Positions 40,862-50,494 of a stretch of 64,000 bases of DNA are shown here, one piece after another. The notes under the pieces were generated by a model. The model searched no databases. It had not been told where the DNA came from and was given only the letters and a program-made list of their open reading frames with translations. The stretch lies in the IMG/VR virus record IMGVR_UViG_3300038760_000071, positions 16,260 to 80,259 of that record; one strand, given 5' to 3'. Origin of the DNA: a virus. The first letter of the stretch is position 1, and each line of letters starts with the position of its first letter. The position numbers were made by a program, and so were the translations under genes.

Positions 40862-41635
40862 ATGACAAAACATATTATACTAACATTGTTGGCCGCTATA
40901 GCTACTGCTGCAGCGGGTGTAACTACCGGAAATCAACTATCTGTTGATACCGGTTATATTGAAAATAGTCTTACAGCGCCGAGCATCTCACTAGATGCAG
41001 CATTCACATCTCAAGAACTATGGCGAGGTGTGACTAGGGGGGATGATAGTACTCAAGTCTCCGCGTTTAGTAATATTACCTTTTCAAATAATATTAACAC
41101 ATACGCAGGTGTAACACTACGAAATACAGATGATACAGATTCTGAGTATATATTTACCGGTGGGGTAAGTAAAGACTTTAGTGCTCTAGGGCTTACTGGC
41201 ACCAGTTTAGGAGTAGTTTTTAACTATTACACAGAAGGTACAAGTGTTGTGGGTGATATTACTAGCGAAGTTGGTGTAATACTATCTCAACGATTTGATT
41301 GCTTTCTATTGGATAAAGCAGCTATTACGCAATACTTTACCATGGAAGGTGAAGGTCAGGGGTATGGTGAGCTGCAGCTAGTAAAGACTGTCAATATTTT
41401 AGGTTTAGATGTTGATCTCACTGGGGTTGTTGGTTATCTCGCTGATGAGAGTGAGCTTACTCATTCTCAATTAACAATTAGTACTGACTGTAAAACAGGT
41501 GTTAATGATTTAGTCGTTACACCGTTTGTAACTACTCTGTTCTCTTTAACAGATGACTCAAATGGTGCGCGTGGAATCTATTCAGGCGCAGAGGATGAGG
41601 TTGCAGTCGGATTCCAGATTGGTTATAAGTTTTAA
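40862..41635 (+). CDS. Outer-membrane beta-barrel protein with signal peptide
   Basis: Signal peptide, WRGV motif, alternating beta strands and C-terminal GFQIGYKF. Confidence 0.7.
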   Translation: MTKHIILTLLAAIATAAAGVTTGNQLSVDTGYIENSLTAPSISLDAAFTSQELWRGVTRGDDSTQVSAFSNITFSNNINTYAGVTLRNTDDTDSEYIFTGGVSKDFSALGLTGTSLGVVFNYYTEGTSVVGDITSEVGVILSQRFDCFLLDKAAITQYFTMEGEGQGYGELQLVKTVNILGLDVDLTGVVGYLADESELTHSQLTISTDCKTGVNDLVVTPFVTTLFSLTDDSNGARGIYSGAEDEVAVGFQIGYKF

Positions 41636-41654
41636 TTAAATATAAACCTTAATT

Positions 41655-41691
41655 ACCCCCCGTGTTTATATTATATAAACACGGGGGGTTT
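41655..41691 (+). terminator. Strong hairpin/terminator
   Basis: 16-bp perfect stem ACCCCCCGTGTTTATA-tta-TATAAACACGGGGGGT. Confidence 0.75.
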
Positions 41692-41756
41692 AGTTATTGG
41701 CTATTACATTGCATAATGTAATACTATATTATTTGGAACTTCAATATAATAGTAGT

Positions 41757-42158
41757 ATGGCTATTAACTTTAAGCGATTGGAGAAGATAACGAGAAGTCT
41801 TAAACCAATTTGCCAATCTGGCAAATCCTTTCACGCAACGTTTGTCTATAGAAAAAACAAGCTTGTATGTACCGCGTATAATAATTATAAAAAGCAACAC
41901 CCATATTATAAATTTGGTACTTACAAATCCACAAAACGGGGTAGTGTAAATTATATACCAGGTATACACTCAGAGGTAGCTGCATTACTAAAAATGGGTA
42001 GAGTAGACTGCTCAAATTTAACATTTATAAATGTTCGGATTGATAATTCGAATAATGTAGCGATCTCAAAGCCGTGTCCTAACTGTCAAAGACTGTTAGA
42101 TAGTATAGGTTATAAAAAAATATGGTATTATACTGGTAATAAATATATTTGCTGTTAA
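41757..42158 (+). CDS. Zn-dependent cytidine/dCMP-deaminase-fold protein
   Basis: HSEVAAL and SKPCPNC motifs; start reassigned to the ATG after a junction-motif variant. Confidence 0.75.
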   Translation: MAINFKRLEKITRSLKPICQSGKSFHATFVYRKNKLVCTAYNNYKKQHPYYKFGTYKSTKRGSVNYIPGIHSEVAALLKMGRVDCSNLTFINVRIDNSNNVAISKPCPNCQRLLDSIGYKKIWYYTGNKYICC

Positions 42159-42166
42159 ATATAGGT

Positions 42167-42631
42167 ATGGGTACAAATAATAGATTATCATGGTGGCGCC
42201 GCATCCAACGTTTCTTTAACTGGTATAGGTCACCATCACCGCCGCGATATATATCACCATCACTTACGTCATCATCGACGCAGGTTATATCACCATCATC
42301 GACACCATCATTGACACCATCATTGACACCACCATCATCGACCCCGGTTATATCACCATCATCGACCCCGGTTATATCACCATCATTGACACCACCATCA
42401 TCGACCCCGGTTATATCACCATCAATGGCACACCCAATAGCACCACCATCGACGCCGGTACCGGCGATATCTACACCCATCTCACCAGTATTAGGTGCGT
42501 GTATTAATGAGATTACAAGTAGAACTACGGTAGGTGCATGTGCACATGAATCTGCTAGAGTATCTGTGCTAGGAGTTAATATACATAATTTGTCTAAGCA
42601 AAATACAGCTGGTTATAGTGACTGGTACTAA
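42167..42631 (+). CDS. Ser/Pro/Thr-rich repeat protein
   Basis: TAAATA then MGTNN; repeated SPSSTPVI/SPSLTP units. Confidence 0.45.
   Translation: MGTNNRLSWWRRIQRFFNWYRSPSPPRYISPSLTSSSTQVISPSSTPSLTPSLTPPSSTPVISPSSTPVISPSLTPPSSTPVISPSMAHPIAPPSTPVPAISTPISPVLGACINEITSRTTVGACAHESARVSVLGVNIHNLSKQNTAGYSDWY
42232..42480. repeat. Imperfect 12/24-nt tandem repeat (CACCATCATCGACCCCGGTTATAT)
   Basis: Directly visible repeat units. Confidence 0.85.
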
Positions 42632-42661
42632 CACTTTAATTATAAAATAGTTGATTTAAAC

Positions 42662-43114
42662 ATGGTTAAATGTTATAATTTAACAATGACTAAATTATTA
42701 TATTTTACATTAATTGTAGTAATACTATATACAAACACAGGTTGTGTTGATACAGTATATGCTGCACCACCTGCATCTAACACGCGTGTAGTAAATGCTA
42801 GAATTACATATTACTGTGGCCGTGATAAGTGGGGATCCCGTGTAGCGTGTCCAAAGACGATAAGAGCAAATCGAGGGTTAACTGTAGCGGCACATCCCGA
42901 TTTTAAATTTGGACAGAAAATTTATATCCCAAAGCTCAAGAACATTATTGGGGATGGTTATTTCAATGTACAGGATAGGGGAAGCGCTGTTACGTCCCGG
43001 CTCGCATCAAAAGGTAAGGCATATGTGTTTGATGTATATGTTAGCTCGTATAATGAGCTAAAGCGGAATTCTCGTAAGCTGCCAATGTATATGGACGTGC
43101 ACATCTCTCGATAA
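42662..43114 (+). CDS. 3D-domain (MltA/Stationary-phase-survival-like) cell-wall hydrolase
   Basis: ITYY, TVAAHPDFKFG, VQDRGSAV and FDVYV motifs; N-terminal hydrophobic segment. Confidence 0.75.
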   Translation: MVKCYNLTMTKLLYFTLIVVILYTNTGCVDTVYAAPPASNTRVVNARITYYCGRDKWGSRVACPKTIRANRGLTVAAHPDFKFGQKIYIPKLKNIIGDGYFNVQDRGSAVTSRLASKGKAYVFDVYVSSYNELKRNSRKLPMYMDVHISR

Positions 43115-43137
43115 AGGAACTCTTATATAATAATAAT

Positions 43138-43383
43138 ATGACTTGTAAATGTGGTAGAAAAATTGAACAACCAAGGGTAGAATTTAGTTTGAAGAACTGT
43201 GCTGCATGCGCTCATGCGCAGCCTGATGTTCCCAAGCTTAAAGGTGTTTTAAGATATGCTCATAAGACAGGGGCCGAGATTCAAATTATGTCTGAAGAAT
43301 GTTTTAACTCGCAAAAAATATATTGGACCCCTCAGGGAGCTAGGAGCGCAGTTAAAAACTTCTCTAAGAATATTAGTTGCTAA
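43138..43383 (+). CDS. Zinc-finger protein
   Basis: CKCG...R...CAAC; starts at a junction motif. Confidence 0.6.
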   Translation: MTCKCGRKIEQPRVEFSLKNCAACAHAQPDVPKLKGVLRYAHKTGAEIQIMSEECFNSQKIYWTPQGARSAVKNFSKNISC

Positions 43384-43605
43384 ATTAATACTATACCATT
43401 ATAATAGATATATGAGCGAAATTATTAAATCAATGCCATCAAATAAAGCATGGTTAAGTAACTACGATAGAGCGTTTCTTAAATTGACTCCTAAAGATTG
43501 GGCGAAGTTGGAAGATGTAGAGTGTACAAGTTCATTAACCCGTAAAATGTCTTTTAAAGAGTTTCAAAATCTTATACTAGGGGGTGTTGTATAGATAATT
43601 ACAAT

Positions 43606-44241
43606 ATGGGAATACAAAATAATACAGTCGAACTATTAGGTTATTATGGAAGCGATGAAATTATCGCTTGTAGCGCTTGGACATCAACATCAAGAAAACT
43701 TACCAATGAAAAGAGAGAACGGATTCCTAAACTCATCGATATGCTCTGGCGAGAAGGGCACCACACGCCCTTTGAAAAAGCTACATGTCACTTTCTTGTT
43801 AATTGTGATATTGCTAGTCATATTCATCTACTCAAGCATCGCGTTGCTTCTATTAATGCTGAATCAGCTAGATATAAAGAGTTAAAGGAGGACAAATATT
43901 ACATTCCAACTGACTGGAGCAATAAATGGAGAGAGAAATTAGAACAGTTTAACAAGGATGCAAACAACCTCTACCATGAATGCTTAGAAGAGCTTGAACC
44001 AGAGATTGGTAGGAAAAGATCTAAAGAATCGGCTAGATTTTTTAAACCATATGCATCACAAATACAGGCAGATATTATGTTTAACTTTAGATCGTTTGCA
44101 AACTTTTTAAAGTTACGTAATAATGAACACTCACAACTTGAGATTAGAGAAATTGCTCAACAGATGATAACCCTAGTTGAAAATATTGAAGGTAATCCAT
44201 TTAAACATACAATTACATCATGGAAACAACATTTAAATTAA
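43606..44241 (+). CDS. thyX: Flavin-dependent thymidylate synthase
   Basis: GHHTPFE, LLKHRVASINAESARY and LKLRNNEHSQLEIRE motifs. Confidence 0.92.
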   Translation: MGIQNNTVELLGYYGSDEIIACSAWTSTSRKLTNEKRERIPKLIDMLWREGHHTPFEKATCHFLVNCDIASHIHLLKHRVASINAESARYKELKEDKYYIPTDWSNKWREKLEQFNKDANNLYHECLEELEPEIGRKRSKESARFFKPYASQIQADIMFNFRSFANFLKLRNNEHSQLEIREIAQQMITLVENIEGNPFKHTITSWKQHLN

Positions 44242-44456
44242 AAGGTTATTGTAGGGTAGTATCTGCAGATGATACAGAGAGAAAAAATTGGTTAGATGTT
44301 CCACGTGCACCTGAGTTTGAAACGTATGCAGGTGCACAGCGATATTATATAGAAACTACTGCTAGCGGCGTCGATACTAGACGCTGGGATATGTTTGAAC
44401 AGGTTGCTATATTTGAAGAGAGTGAATCAAGCAAATTTATGGCAACTATATCCTAG
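44220..44456 (+). CDS. Hypothetical protein
   Basis: 78-aa ORF overlapping the end of thyX. Confidence 0.45.
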   Translation: METTFKLKGYCRVVSADDTERKNWLDVPRAPEFETYAGAQRYYIETTASGVDTRRWDMFEQVAIFEESESSKFMATIS

Positions 44457-44508
44457 TACTGACATAAAATAGTTTTACATTCAAAATAATTTTTAATATA
44501 ATAATATT

Positions 44509-45027
44509 ATGCAAGTATATTTTATTGCTGACCCTCATCTGGGTCATACAAATATTAATAAATTTAGATGGATAAATGAGCCCTTCACTAACGATGATCT
44601 TATTCTCCGTCACTGGCGCATGCTGCCTAAAAAGAGTCTAATATATGTTCTCGGGGATGTGGCGTTTAATGATAAATCTCTTTTACAGTTAGTCGACATG
44701 CCCGGTAGAAAAATTCTAATATCAGGCAACCATGATGATATGACATCACAGGGAGCGCAAAGAGAGGTTTTTGAGTCTGTATACGGGTTCTTAAGATATA
44801 AGGGAATGTGGGTGTCTCATGCCCCTGTTCATCCAGATACAATCCTACAGTCGCGATGCTTTGTAAATATTCATGGACATACTCATAAAGATGAGCCGAG
44901 TTCTGATCTCTATTTCTCTGTGGATCCTGAGGTTCTAATGAGCAAAGGATTGAAACCGTTTGTGACTCTTGAGAAAATGCAGGAGCATATAAAGGGGTAT
45001 ATACCAAATACACAAAAGGAACTTTGA
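44509..45027 (+). CDS. Calcineurin-like metallophosphoesterase
   Basis: ADPHLGH, LGDVA, GNHD, SHAP and IHGHTH motifs; stop lies within a junction motif. Confidence 0.9.
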   Translation: MQVYFIADPHLGHTNINKFRWINEPFTNDDLILRHWRMLPKKSLIYVLGDVAFNDKSLLQLVDMPGRKILISGNHDDMTSQGAQREVFESVYGFLRYKGMWVSHAPVHPDTILQSRCFVNIHGHTHKDEPSSDLYFSVDPEVLMSKGLKPFVTLEKMQEHIKGYIPNTQKEL

Positions 45028-45040
45028 TATAATATAGGAG

Positions 45041-45223
45041 ATGAGAGTACAACTAACTAAAGAAGAAAAGGATTATGCAATCCGTAACAATATCTCGTTT
45101 GCAGATATGAGTGATTTCGTCTCAGATAAAGTTATGGAAGATGAAGTTATGAGATCTTGGGAAATTATTAAAAATCGAGATGCATTCGATTATAGCTATA
45201 CACAATTCTTCCCACGCAAGTAA
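45041..45223 (+). CDS. Hypothetical early protein
   Basis: Starts at a junction motif. Confidence 0.55.
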   Translation: MRVQLTKEEKDYAIRNNISFADMSDFVSDKVMEDEVMRSWEIIKNRDAFDYSYTQFFPRK

Positions 45224-45284
45224 CATCGTAGGAAGGAACTCTGTTATAATAAAGAGTAGAAAGAAACCTTAACACATATAACCT

Positions 45285-45647
45285 GTGAATATTCTTCATA
45301 TTATTCTAATTACTAGCTCTACCACACTTACTGTAATGGGTCGACCCCCTAAAAAGGCGTTTAAGCAACCAACCTTGCCTCAGGGAGAGAGATATATCTC
45401 CAGTGCACTGCTTGGTGTTGCATCCGGTGACCCCGGCTTGATAGTAGTTACCGTGTCTCCCACGGAGACGACACGTAGTGCACGTACTAGCACAGCTGTA
45501 GTATTACCGACCCAAACAGCGCTCGCGAGCAGACGCGCACGTGCTAAGGCGAGGTTAGAGCGAGCGTCTAAAATCAATCGAAAAATCATATCTGAGGTAG
45601 GCTGGTCACCAGAAGCAGAATTCCAAAAACTTGATGATGCGCGATGA
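45285..45647 (+). CDS. Hypothetical basic protein
   Basis: Follows a junction motif; start uncertain. Confidence 0.4.
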   Translation: MNILHIILITSSTTLTVMGRPPKKAFKQPTLPQGERYISSALLGVASGDPGLIVVTVSPTETTRSARTSTAVVLPTQTALASRRARAKARLERASKINRKIISEVGWSPEAEFQKLDDAR

Positions 45648-45715
45648 GCGAGTGAATCTCAAAAGGAAATCTGATATAATAATAGAGTAGAAAGAAACAT
45701 TAACAACCTTATAGA

Positions 45716-46621
45716 ATGAACTTAATTGAAGAAAGCACAGCGTTTACTAAAGTTTCAGATATTAACATCCCGTCGACGTTTTATAACCGAATGAAGACCG
45801 GTATTGCGGAATTTGACATGATCTTCGGTGAAGGTATTTTACCTGGATCCTCAGCTACTATGACAGCTCAACCCGGGAGTGGTAAGACTACACTACTACT
45901 TCAATTATTGGAGACTTTAACTAGTCAAGGATACGCTACAGGATACGCTTCCGGAGAAGAAAATATGTATCAGTTAGCTTATACTTGTAAACGATTACAT
46001 GTTGAGAATGTTCAAATTGCAAACGAAACTAATATTGATACCTTAGCAAATGCTATGGAGAACCTCGATATTTTGGTTGTGGATTCATTCCAAGCTCTAA
46101 CAACTACAACAAAGAAGAATTCTCGTGAGCTTGAGAGGTACGCGGTATCAACTCTATGTAAAAGAGCTAAAGAAACAGAGTGTACCTTAATTTTTGTACT
46201 ACACCTTACACAGGCTGGTAAGCTTAAGGGATCAACACTCATTCCTCATTCCGTTGATGTTAATATTCAGATTACACACGACACGGAATCAGAAGATGAG
46301 AACACGAGAATTATTTCTACTTACAAAAATCGATTTGGAGCTACAGTTGATATTGAGGCGACGATTGGTAGTGGTGGATTTACTCTATCCGGGAAGAAAA
46401 AGGTTGAGAAAGGTAAGTCGAAAAAATCTCGTAAGGCTGAACTGCTCGATAATATTCTTAAGCTTGATCCACCGATCATTACTAAGGCTAGTATTATGAA
46501 ACTATTTTCCCTTACTGGGTCACAAGCCTACTTAGCTCTTAAAGAGCTTACTGATAGTGGTAAGTTAATTAAGTATGGTCGCGGTAGTGTCACAACATTT
46601 AAAAAAACATTGATAAGTTAA
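45716..46621 (+). CDS. RadA/Sms-like RecA-family ATPase with a C-terminal HTH-like domain
   Basis: TGIAEFDMIFGEGILPGS, PGSGKTT, SGEE, VVDSFQ and KNRFG motifs. Confidence 0.85.
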   Translation: MNLIEESTAFTKVSDINIPSTFYNRMKTGIAEFDMIFGEGILPGSSATMTAQPGSGKTTLLLQLLETLTSQGYATGYASGEENMYQLAYTCKRLHVENVQIANETNIDTLANAMENLDILVVDSFQALTTTTKKNSRELERYAVSTLCKRAKETECTLIFVLHLTQAGKLKGSTLIPHSVDVNIQITHDTESEDENTRIISTYKNRFGATVDIEATIGSGGFTLSGKKKVEKGKSKKSRKAELLDNILKLDPPIITKASIMKLFSLTGSQAYLALKELTDSGKLIKYGRGSVTTFKKTLIS

Positions 46622-46782
46622 TCAATAACCTATAGTAACTCCTATATAATAATATTATGAACAACCGAGATCGTTTACTATTTTTAGTTGAATTTCTAAT
46701 TACTTGTACTATTATATATGGTGTTATATATATTATGTATGGTGTTATAGCAACCGGCTTGAAGCCTTAATATAATAATAGA

Positions 46783-46947
46783 ATGAAGAAGCCACTTAAG
46801 GTTAAGAGAGTTAAGCGCAACACAATGGAGGTCCGTAATTTGACTAGACATACGGTAACACCACCTACATTTTCATTTAAAGATAAGAAAAAAGCTGCTA
46901 ACAGAAAGGCATGCAGAAAGCGAAATTATGAGAGAGACAGAGATTAG
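46783..46947 (+). CDS. Small basic protein (54 aa)
   Basis: MKKPLKVKRV...PPTFSFKDKKKAANRKACRK; TATAAT just upstream; below the ORF-track cutoff. Confidence 0.5.
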   Translation: MKKPLKVKRVKRNTMEVRNLTRHTVTPPTFSFKDKKKAANRKACRKRNYERDRD

Positions 46948-47203
46948 TCGGGAGTTATTAGAAACAAATCCTTTGCTGTGGATTAAAGAGAAGGATAAAA
47001 TATACTTAAAAGGTACAAATGTACAGGATTTAAATTCAGATGGAGTCGTGCAGAGTATTGTTAGTGAAGATGGTAGCTGGTTTGTTAATGTTGAAACAGA
47101 AGCAGGAGAATCAATTCATGTTAATTTAAGTGATGTTATTAGTGTTAAGATATTTAAAGATACACCTGACGCAAATAGTACAACCGGCACTTTATCTGTC
47201 TAA
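46928..47203 (+). CDS. Hypothetical protein
   Basis: 91-aa ORF. Confidence 0.45.
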   Translation: MRETEISRELLETNPLLWIKEKDKIYLKGTNVQDLNSDGVVQSIVSEDGSWFVNVETEAGESIHVNLSDVISVKIFKDTPDANSTTGTLSV

Positions 47204-47242
47204 TTACCTGAACGCATATTAACCACTAACAAATAAAATAAA

Positions 47243-47944
47243 ATGAAACCCGAAACTATTTCAAATATGTCAATTAAAATTGCTGGTCATGTCCTATTAT
47301 GGTACAGTGTTTGTGTTGTAGTATACTGCTCATGGGCATATATTACAAAAGGTGAACGTGAGGTAAGAGGCAAACAATGGGAGTTAAGACAACTACCAAT
47401 AGCACCAGCTGTATCTCAATCTAGGAGGGATGAGGATGTAGGTGATAATGCATTTAATACAAGCCTGCTCGGGTATAATGAAAATGAGTATTTAGATAGT
47501 CGCCCATTACAGGAAGGGTATAAGCAGGTCGATCTAGAGTGGGGTTGTTCTGAAGATGAACTTAAAGAGCTGTTCCGCGTTATTAAGAAAAATATACCCG
47601 ACCGCAAAACTCAAGCATGGTGCGCGGCAGTAACATATGTGGAATCTCGAGGTCGACCACATCTTATTGGTGATAAGTCGTCTAGCGGATCATATGGTGG
47701 GTGGCAGATTAATAAGAAATATCACCCTGAAATTATTAATGATATGGGTAATGACTGGGATGATTATGAAATGAATCTACTTGGGTTTCTATCTGTTATC
47801 CAGAAACAAGCGCAGTGGCGTGAAGGTCGTGATGATTATCACGGAATGTCTAGCTATTATAATGCGGGTGGGTCATGGGATACAGACGGCAAGGTGTATG
47901 CAGATCTGGTGATGAACGCGATGAGCTCAATTTTAGAGTCATAA
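47243..47944 (+). CDS. Membrane-anchored lytic transglycosylase (SLT-like)
   Basis: N-terminal TM segment; VESRG, SYGGWQIN and YYNAG motifs. Confidence 0.75.
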   Translation: MKPETISNMSIKIAGHVLLWYSVCVVVYCSWAYITKGEREVRGKQWELRQLPIAPAVSQSRRDEDVGDNAFNTSLLGYNENEYLDSRPLQEGYKQVDLEWGCSEDELKELFRVIKKNIPDRKTQAWCAAVTYVESRGRPHLIGDKSSSGSYGGWQINKKYHPEIINDMGNDWDDYEMNLLGFLSVIQKQAQWREGRDDYHGMSSYYNAGGSWDTDGKVYADLVMNAMSSILES

Positions 47945-47980
47945 GTGTAGATAACAAAGGAACTCTGATATAATAATAGT

Positions 47981-48208
47981 ATGATCACCTCATGTAAGCG
48001 ATACAGAACCAAAGTTGAATTCTGTAATAGAGTAGATGCGGTATGTGCATATTTTAACACACAGCAGGAAGCGGTTGATCATCTGCACGCGTGGTCAGAT
48101 AAACAAAAAGGTTATTCCGTTGAGCATATTGAAATAACTACCGTTAATGGTAACTCTTCAAGGCTAGTTTCGGAGTGGTGGAATCGTGATTGCTGCCCGG
48201 GACATTGA
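47981..48208 (+). CDS. Hypothetical early protein
   Basis: Starts at a canonical junction motif. Confidence 0.6.
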   Translation: MITSCKRYRTKVEFCNRVDAVCAYFNTQQEAVDHLHAWSDKQKGYSVEHIEITTVNGNSSRLVSEWWNRDCCPGH

Positions 48209-48221
48209 TTAATAACTAGAT

Positions 48222-48428
48222 ATGGAGTTTGCAGATAGAGCACATATTGTACAATTTAAAAACCATTGCAACGTATGGATAACAGAAACAGTTGAGTTAG
48301 AGCCCGAGCCGGCGTTCCGCCGCGCAAGTTACTTATTACAATTTGAATATAATATAGTGAGAGTTATAACACCAGATGGTATAGTAATTGAAGACGAAGA
48401 TATTGACATGTCAGGCTATATATTTTAA
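48222..48428 (+). CDS. Hypothetical protein
   Basis: Tightly packed co-directional ORF. Confidence 0.5.
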   Translation: MEFADRAHIVQFKNHCNVWITETVELEPEPAFRRASYLLQFEYNIVRVITPDGIVIEDEDIDMSGYIF

Positions 48429-48431
48429 AAA

Positions 48432-48734
48432 ATGAAAAACACATTATATATTTTGAGGGGCCCGGACGAAGATGCTCGGGCCAAATACATTCACAAACGC
48501 AAATTTAAATGTTGCTTTGAGGTAAAGAAAGTTGATGAGGAGATGCAGAGAACGGTTGAAGGTGTGTTAAAGGCAGGTAAAAACAAAACTGTAGTCGTCT
48601 CCAGTACATTTGATCAATTCTATATAATGGCACCCTATCTAGCGCTCGGTAGGAAGTACCAATATGATATCGAGGTGTTAAGACTACCTCATCTAAAAGG
48701 CAACCAATACGGGGGCGAGATATATGTTTGCTAG
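48432..48734 (+). CDS. Degenerate P-loop kinase-like protein
   Basis: LYILRGP and VVVSSTF...MAPYL resemble phage AAA_33 kinases, but the GKS/T motif is missing. Confidence 0.4.
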   Translation: MKNTLYILRGPDEDARAKYIHKRKFKCCFEVKKVDEEMQRTVEGVLKAGKNKTVVVSSTFDQFYIMAPYLALGRKYQYDIEVLRLPHLKGNQYGGEIYVC

Positions 48735-48852
48735 CTACACTGCTACTAGTGTATACAGATGCATGAGTGCTTAAGTTGGGTTGTAAATATAGAGGAAATA
48801 TTACCTGTTAACGAATATAGCTTGCAGGTAAAAAATTAGCAAATTAATTATT

Positions 48853-49065
48853 ATGGCAGATATAGACTGGGGAATGGCGATTGATCAATACGAGCACGGA
48901 TATGGCGAGGAGGGCAGCGGTTCTTACGGGTGGGGCGAGAAGAGATGTAAGTTCTGCGGGAAGGGATTTCTGCACTGGGAGCAGCGAGATGATAGGTGGG
49001 TATTAGTTAATGGTCGTGGGGAGACTCATAAGTGTATTAAACCTCAGGGAACAACATCTCCCTAG
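48853..49065 (+). CDS. Small Zn-ribbon protein
   Basis: CKFCG...W...W...HKC. Confidence 0.55.
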   Translation: MADIDWGMAIDQYEHGYGEEGSGSYGWGEKRCKFCGKGFLHWEQRDDRWVLVNGRGETHKCIKPQGTTSP

Positions 49066-49154
49066 CTAGCTCAATAACATCACATGCATACCAACTTACC
49101 ATATTAATACAGCTAACAGGTAGATTAAATTGTATCTAGGCATATATAGTATTA

Positions 49155-49379
49155 ATGGGGGGCACTGACAATGAATTTACTGAGAAGAGCCGTAAAGCAT
49201 TTCAACAATGGTATGAGGATGATTCACTACCATTGGAACACTCAAATTGGTTCCGGAGAGATGAAGATATGGACTATATAATCAATCACGTTGATGCAGC
49301 ATGGAGAGGGTGGCATGCAGCATATAATCATGTAGTAGATACAGAGTACAATAATTTTAAACAACAAGAAGAGCTTTAA
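49155..49379 (+). CDS. Hypothetical protein
   Basis: FQQW...AWRGW.A pattern seen in phage ORFs. Confidence 0.5.
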   Translation: MGGTDNEFTEKSRKAFQQWYEDDSLPLEHSNWFRRDEDMDYIINHVDAAWRGWHAAYNHVVDTEYNNFKQQEEL

Positions 49380-49603
49380 GGAGACTCATGACAGCACACC
49401 ATAGGCAACAACTACTATTTAGTAATATTTTTCAAGTAGCTAGCAATATAAACGAAATAGTAGCTGGTAGTTTTTCCGGTCACCTCATTTGGTCTGAGAT
49501 TTATAACAACACTACTGATTTAATACCTAGTAGGCTCGTCTCAAACCGGGGTGAAGCGTTTAATATAACACAACCTGAAAGGGAACTCCTATATAATATA
49601 TAT

Positions 49604-49876
49604 ATGAGCGTCGTCGGTTGGATAATCAAATGGACATGTGGGTTAGTGTTGCTGATAACCACTCTCATCTGGATAACAGGCTGGTTAATTTTGATCTGGG
49701 CCACCATCGGCTTGAATCCCATAGAAGTGCGTCCGGATAACTCCCAACCTATACAACACTCTGTAGAGTATAATGCAGAGGTAGAGATAATATCCCCTGT
49801 TATTGTAGGTGCACCTAAGAAAAGCAAAGTATCAAACATTTACAACAACCCTAAACTACCACCAAGAAAGAACTAA
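49604..49876 (+). CDS. Membrane protein
   Basis: ATG after a junction-motif variant; hydrophobic Trp-rich segment. Confidence 0.5.
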   Translation: MSVVGWIIKWTCGLVLLITTLIWITGWLILIWATIGLNPIEVRPDNSQPIQHSVEYNAEVEIISPVIVGAPKKSKVSNIYNNPKLPPRKN

Positions 49877-50066
49877 TATGAAAAATAATATCAAAAAATT
49901 AATTAAACGCTTCCGCAATAAGAGGGAGTCAGTATATGGACCAGCTATATTCCATGTAAGGCCTTGGCTAGATAAAGAAGTTGATGAGCAATTGCACAAA
50001 AGAGCTTTTAAATTGTGGTAGACCGTAGGCCTAGAAACAATTACTGATCTTAGATTTATTCAAGAC

Positions 50067-50255
50067 ATGCAAATCACAGGAGACCATAATATATCCACTA
50101 AACTTAGAAATAGTATCACCGATTTACATTTGCGTGTGGCTGATAAGGTATATGAACATGTTACAGAAGAGGTTTGGTACGATACCCGTTCTAATGTTTG
50201 GCACACTGTACTGGTTAGCGTTCGAGACAGCATACGTGATGTGTTAGACAGATGA
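50067..50255 (+). CDS. Trp/Val tetrad-repeat microprotein (diverged)
   Basis: EEVWYDTRSNVW...SVRDSIRDV. Confidence 0.55.
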   Translation: MQITGDHNISTKLRNSITDLHLRVADKVYEHVTEEVWYDTRSNVWHTVLVSVRDSIRDVLDR

Positions 50256-50494
50256 AAGTAGGGAACATATATAATACAGATATGAAAGTAGGTGATATAT
50301 CTTATGAGATACGTAATAAAATGCAGGGCGAAGTGGGGTTTGAGTTGTGGGATAAGGTATTGTGCGAGGTAGGAGATGATGTATGGGATGAGGTCTGGCA
50401 AGAGGTCTGGCATGAGGTGGGGCGATCGGTGAGGTTTGGGCTAAAGGATGTGATAGATTATAATGTAGGGAACTCTAGCATAATAAGGTTATGA
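50252..50494 (+). CDS. Trp/Val tetrad-repeat microprotein
   Basis: DDVWDEVWQEVWHEV. Confidence 0.65.
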   Translation: MKVGNIYNTDMKVGDISYEIRNKMQGEVGFELWDKVLCEVGDDVWDEVWQEVWHEVGRSVRFGLKDVIDYNVGNSSIIRL

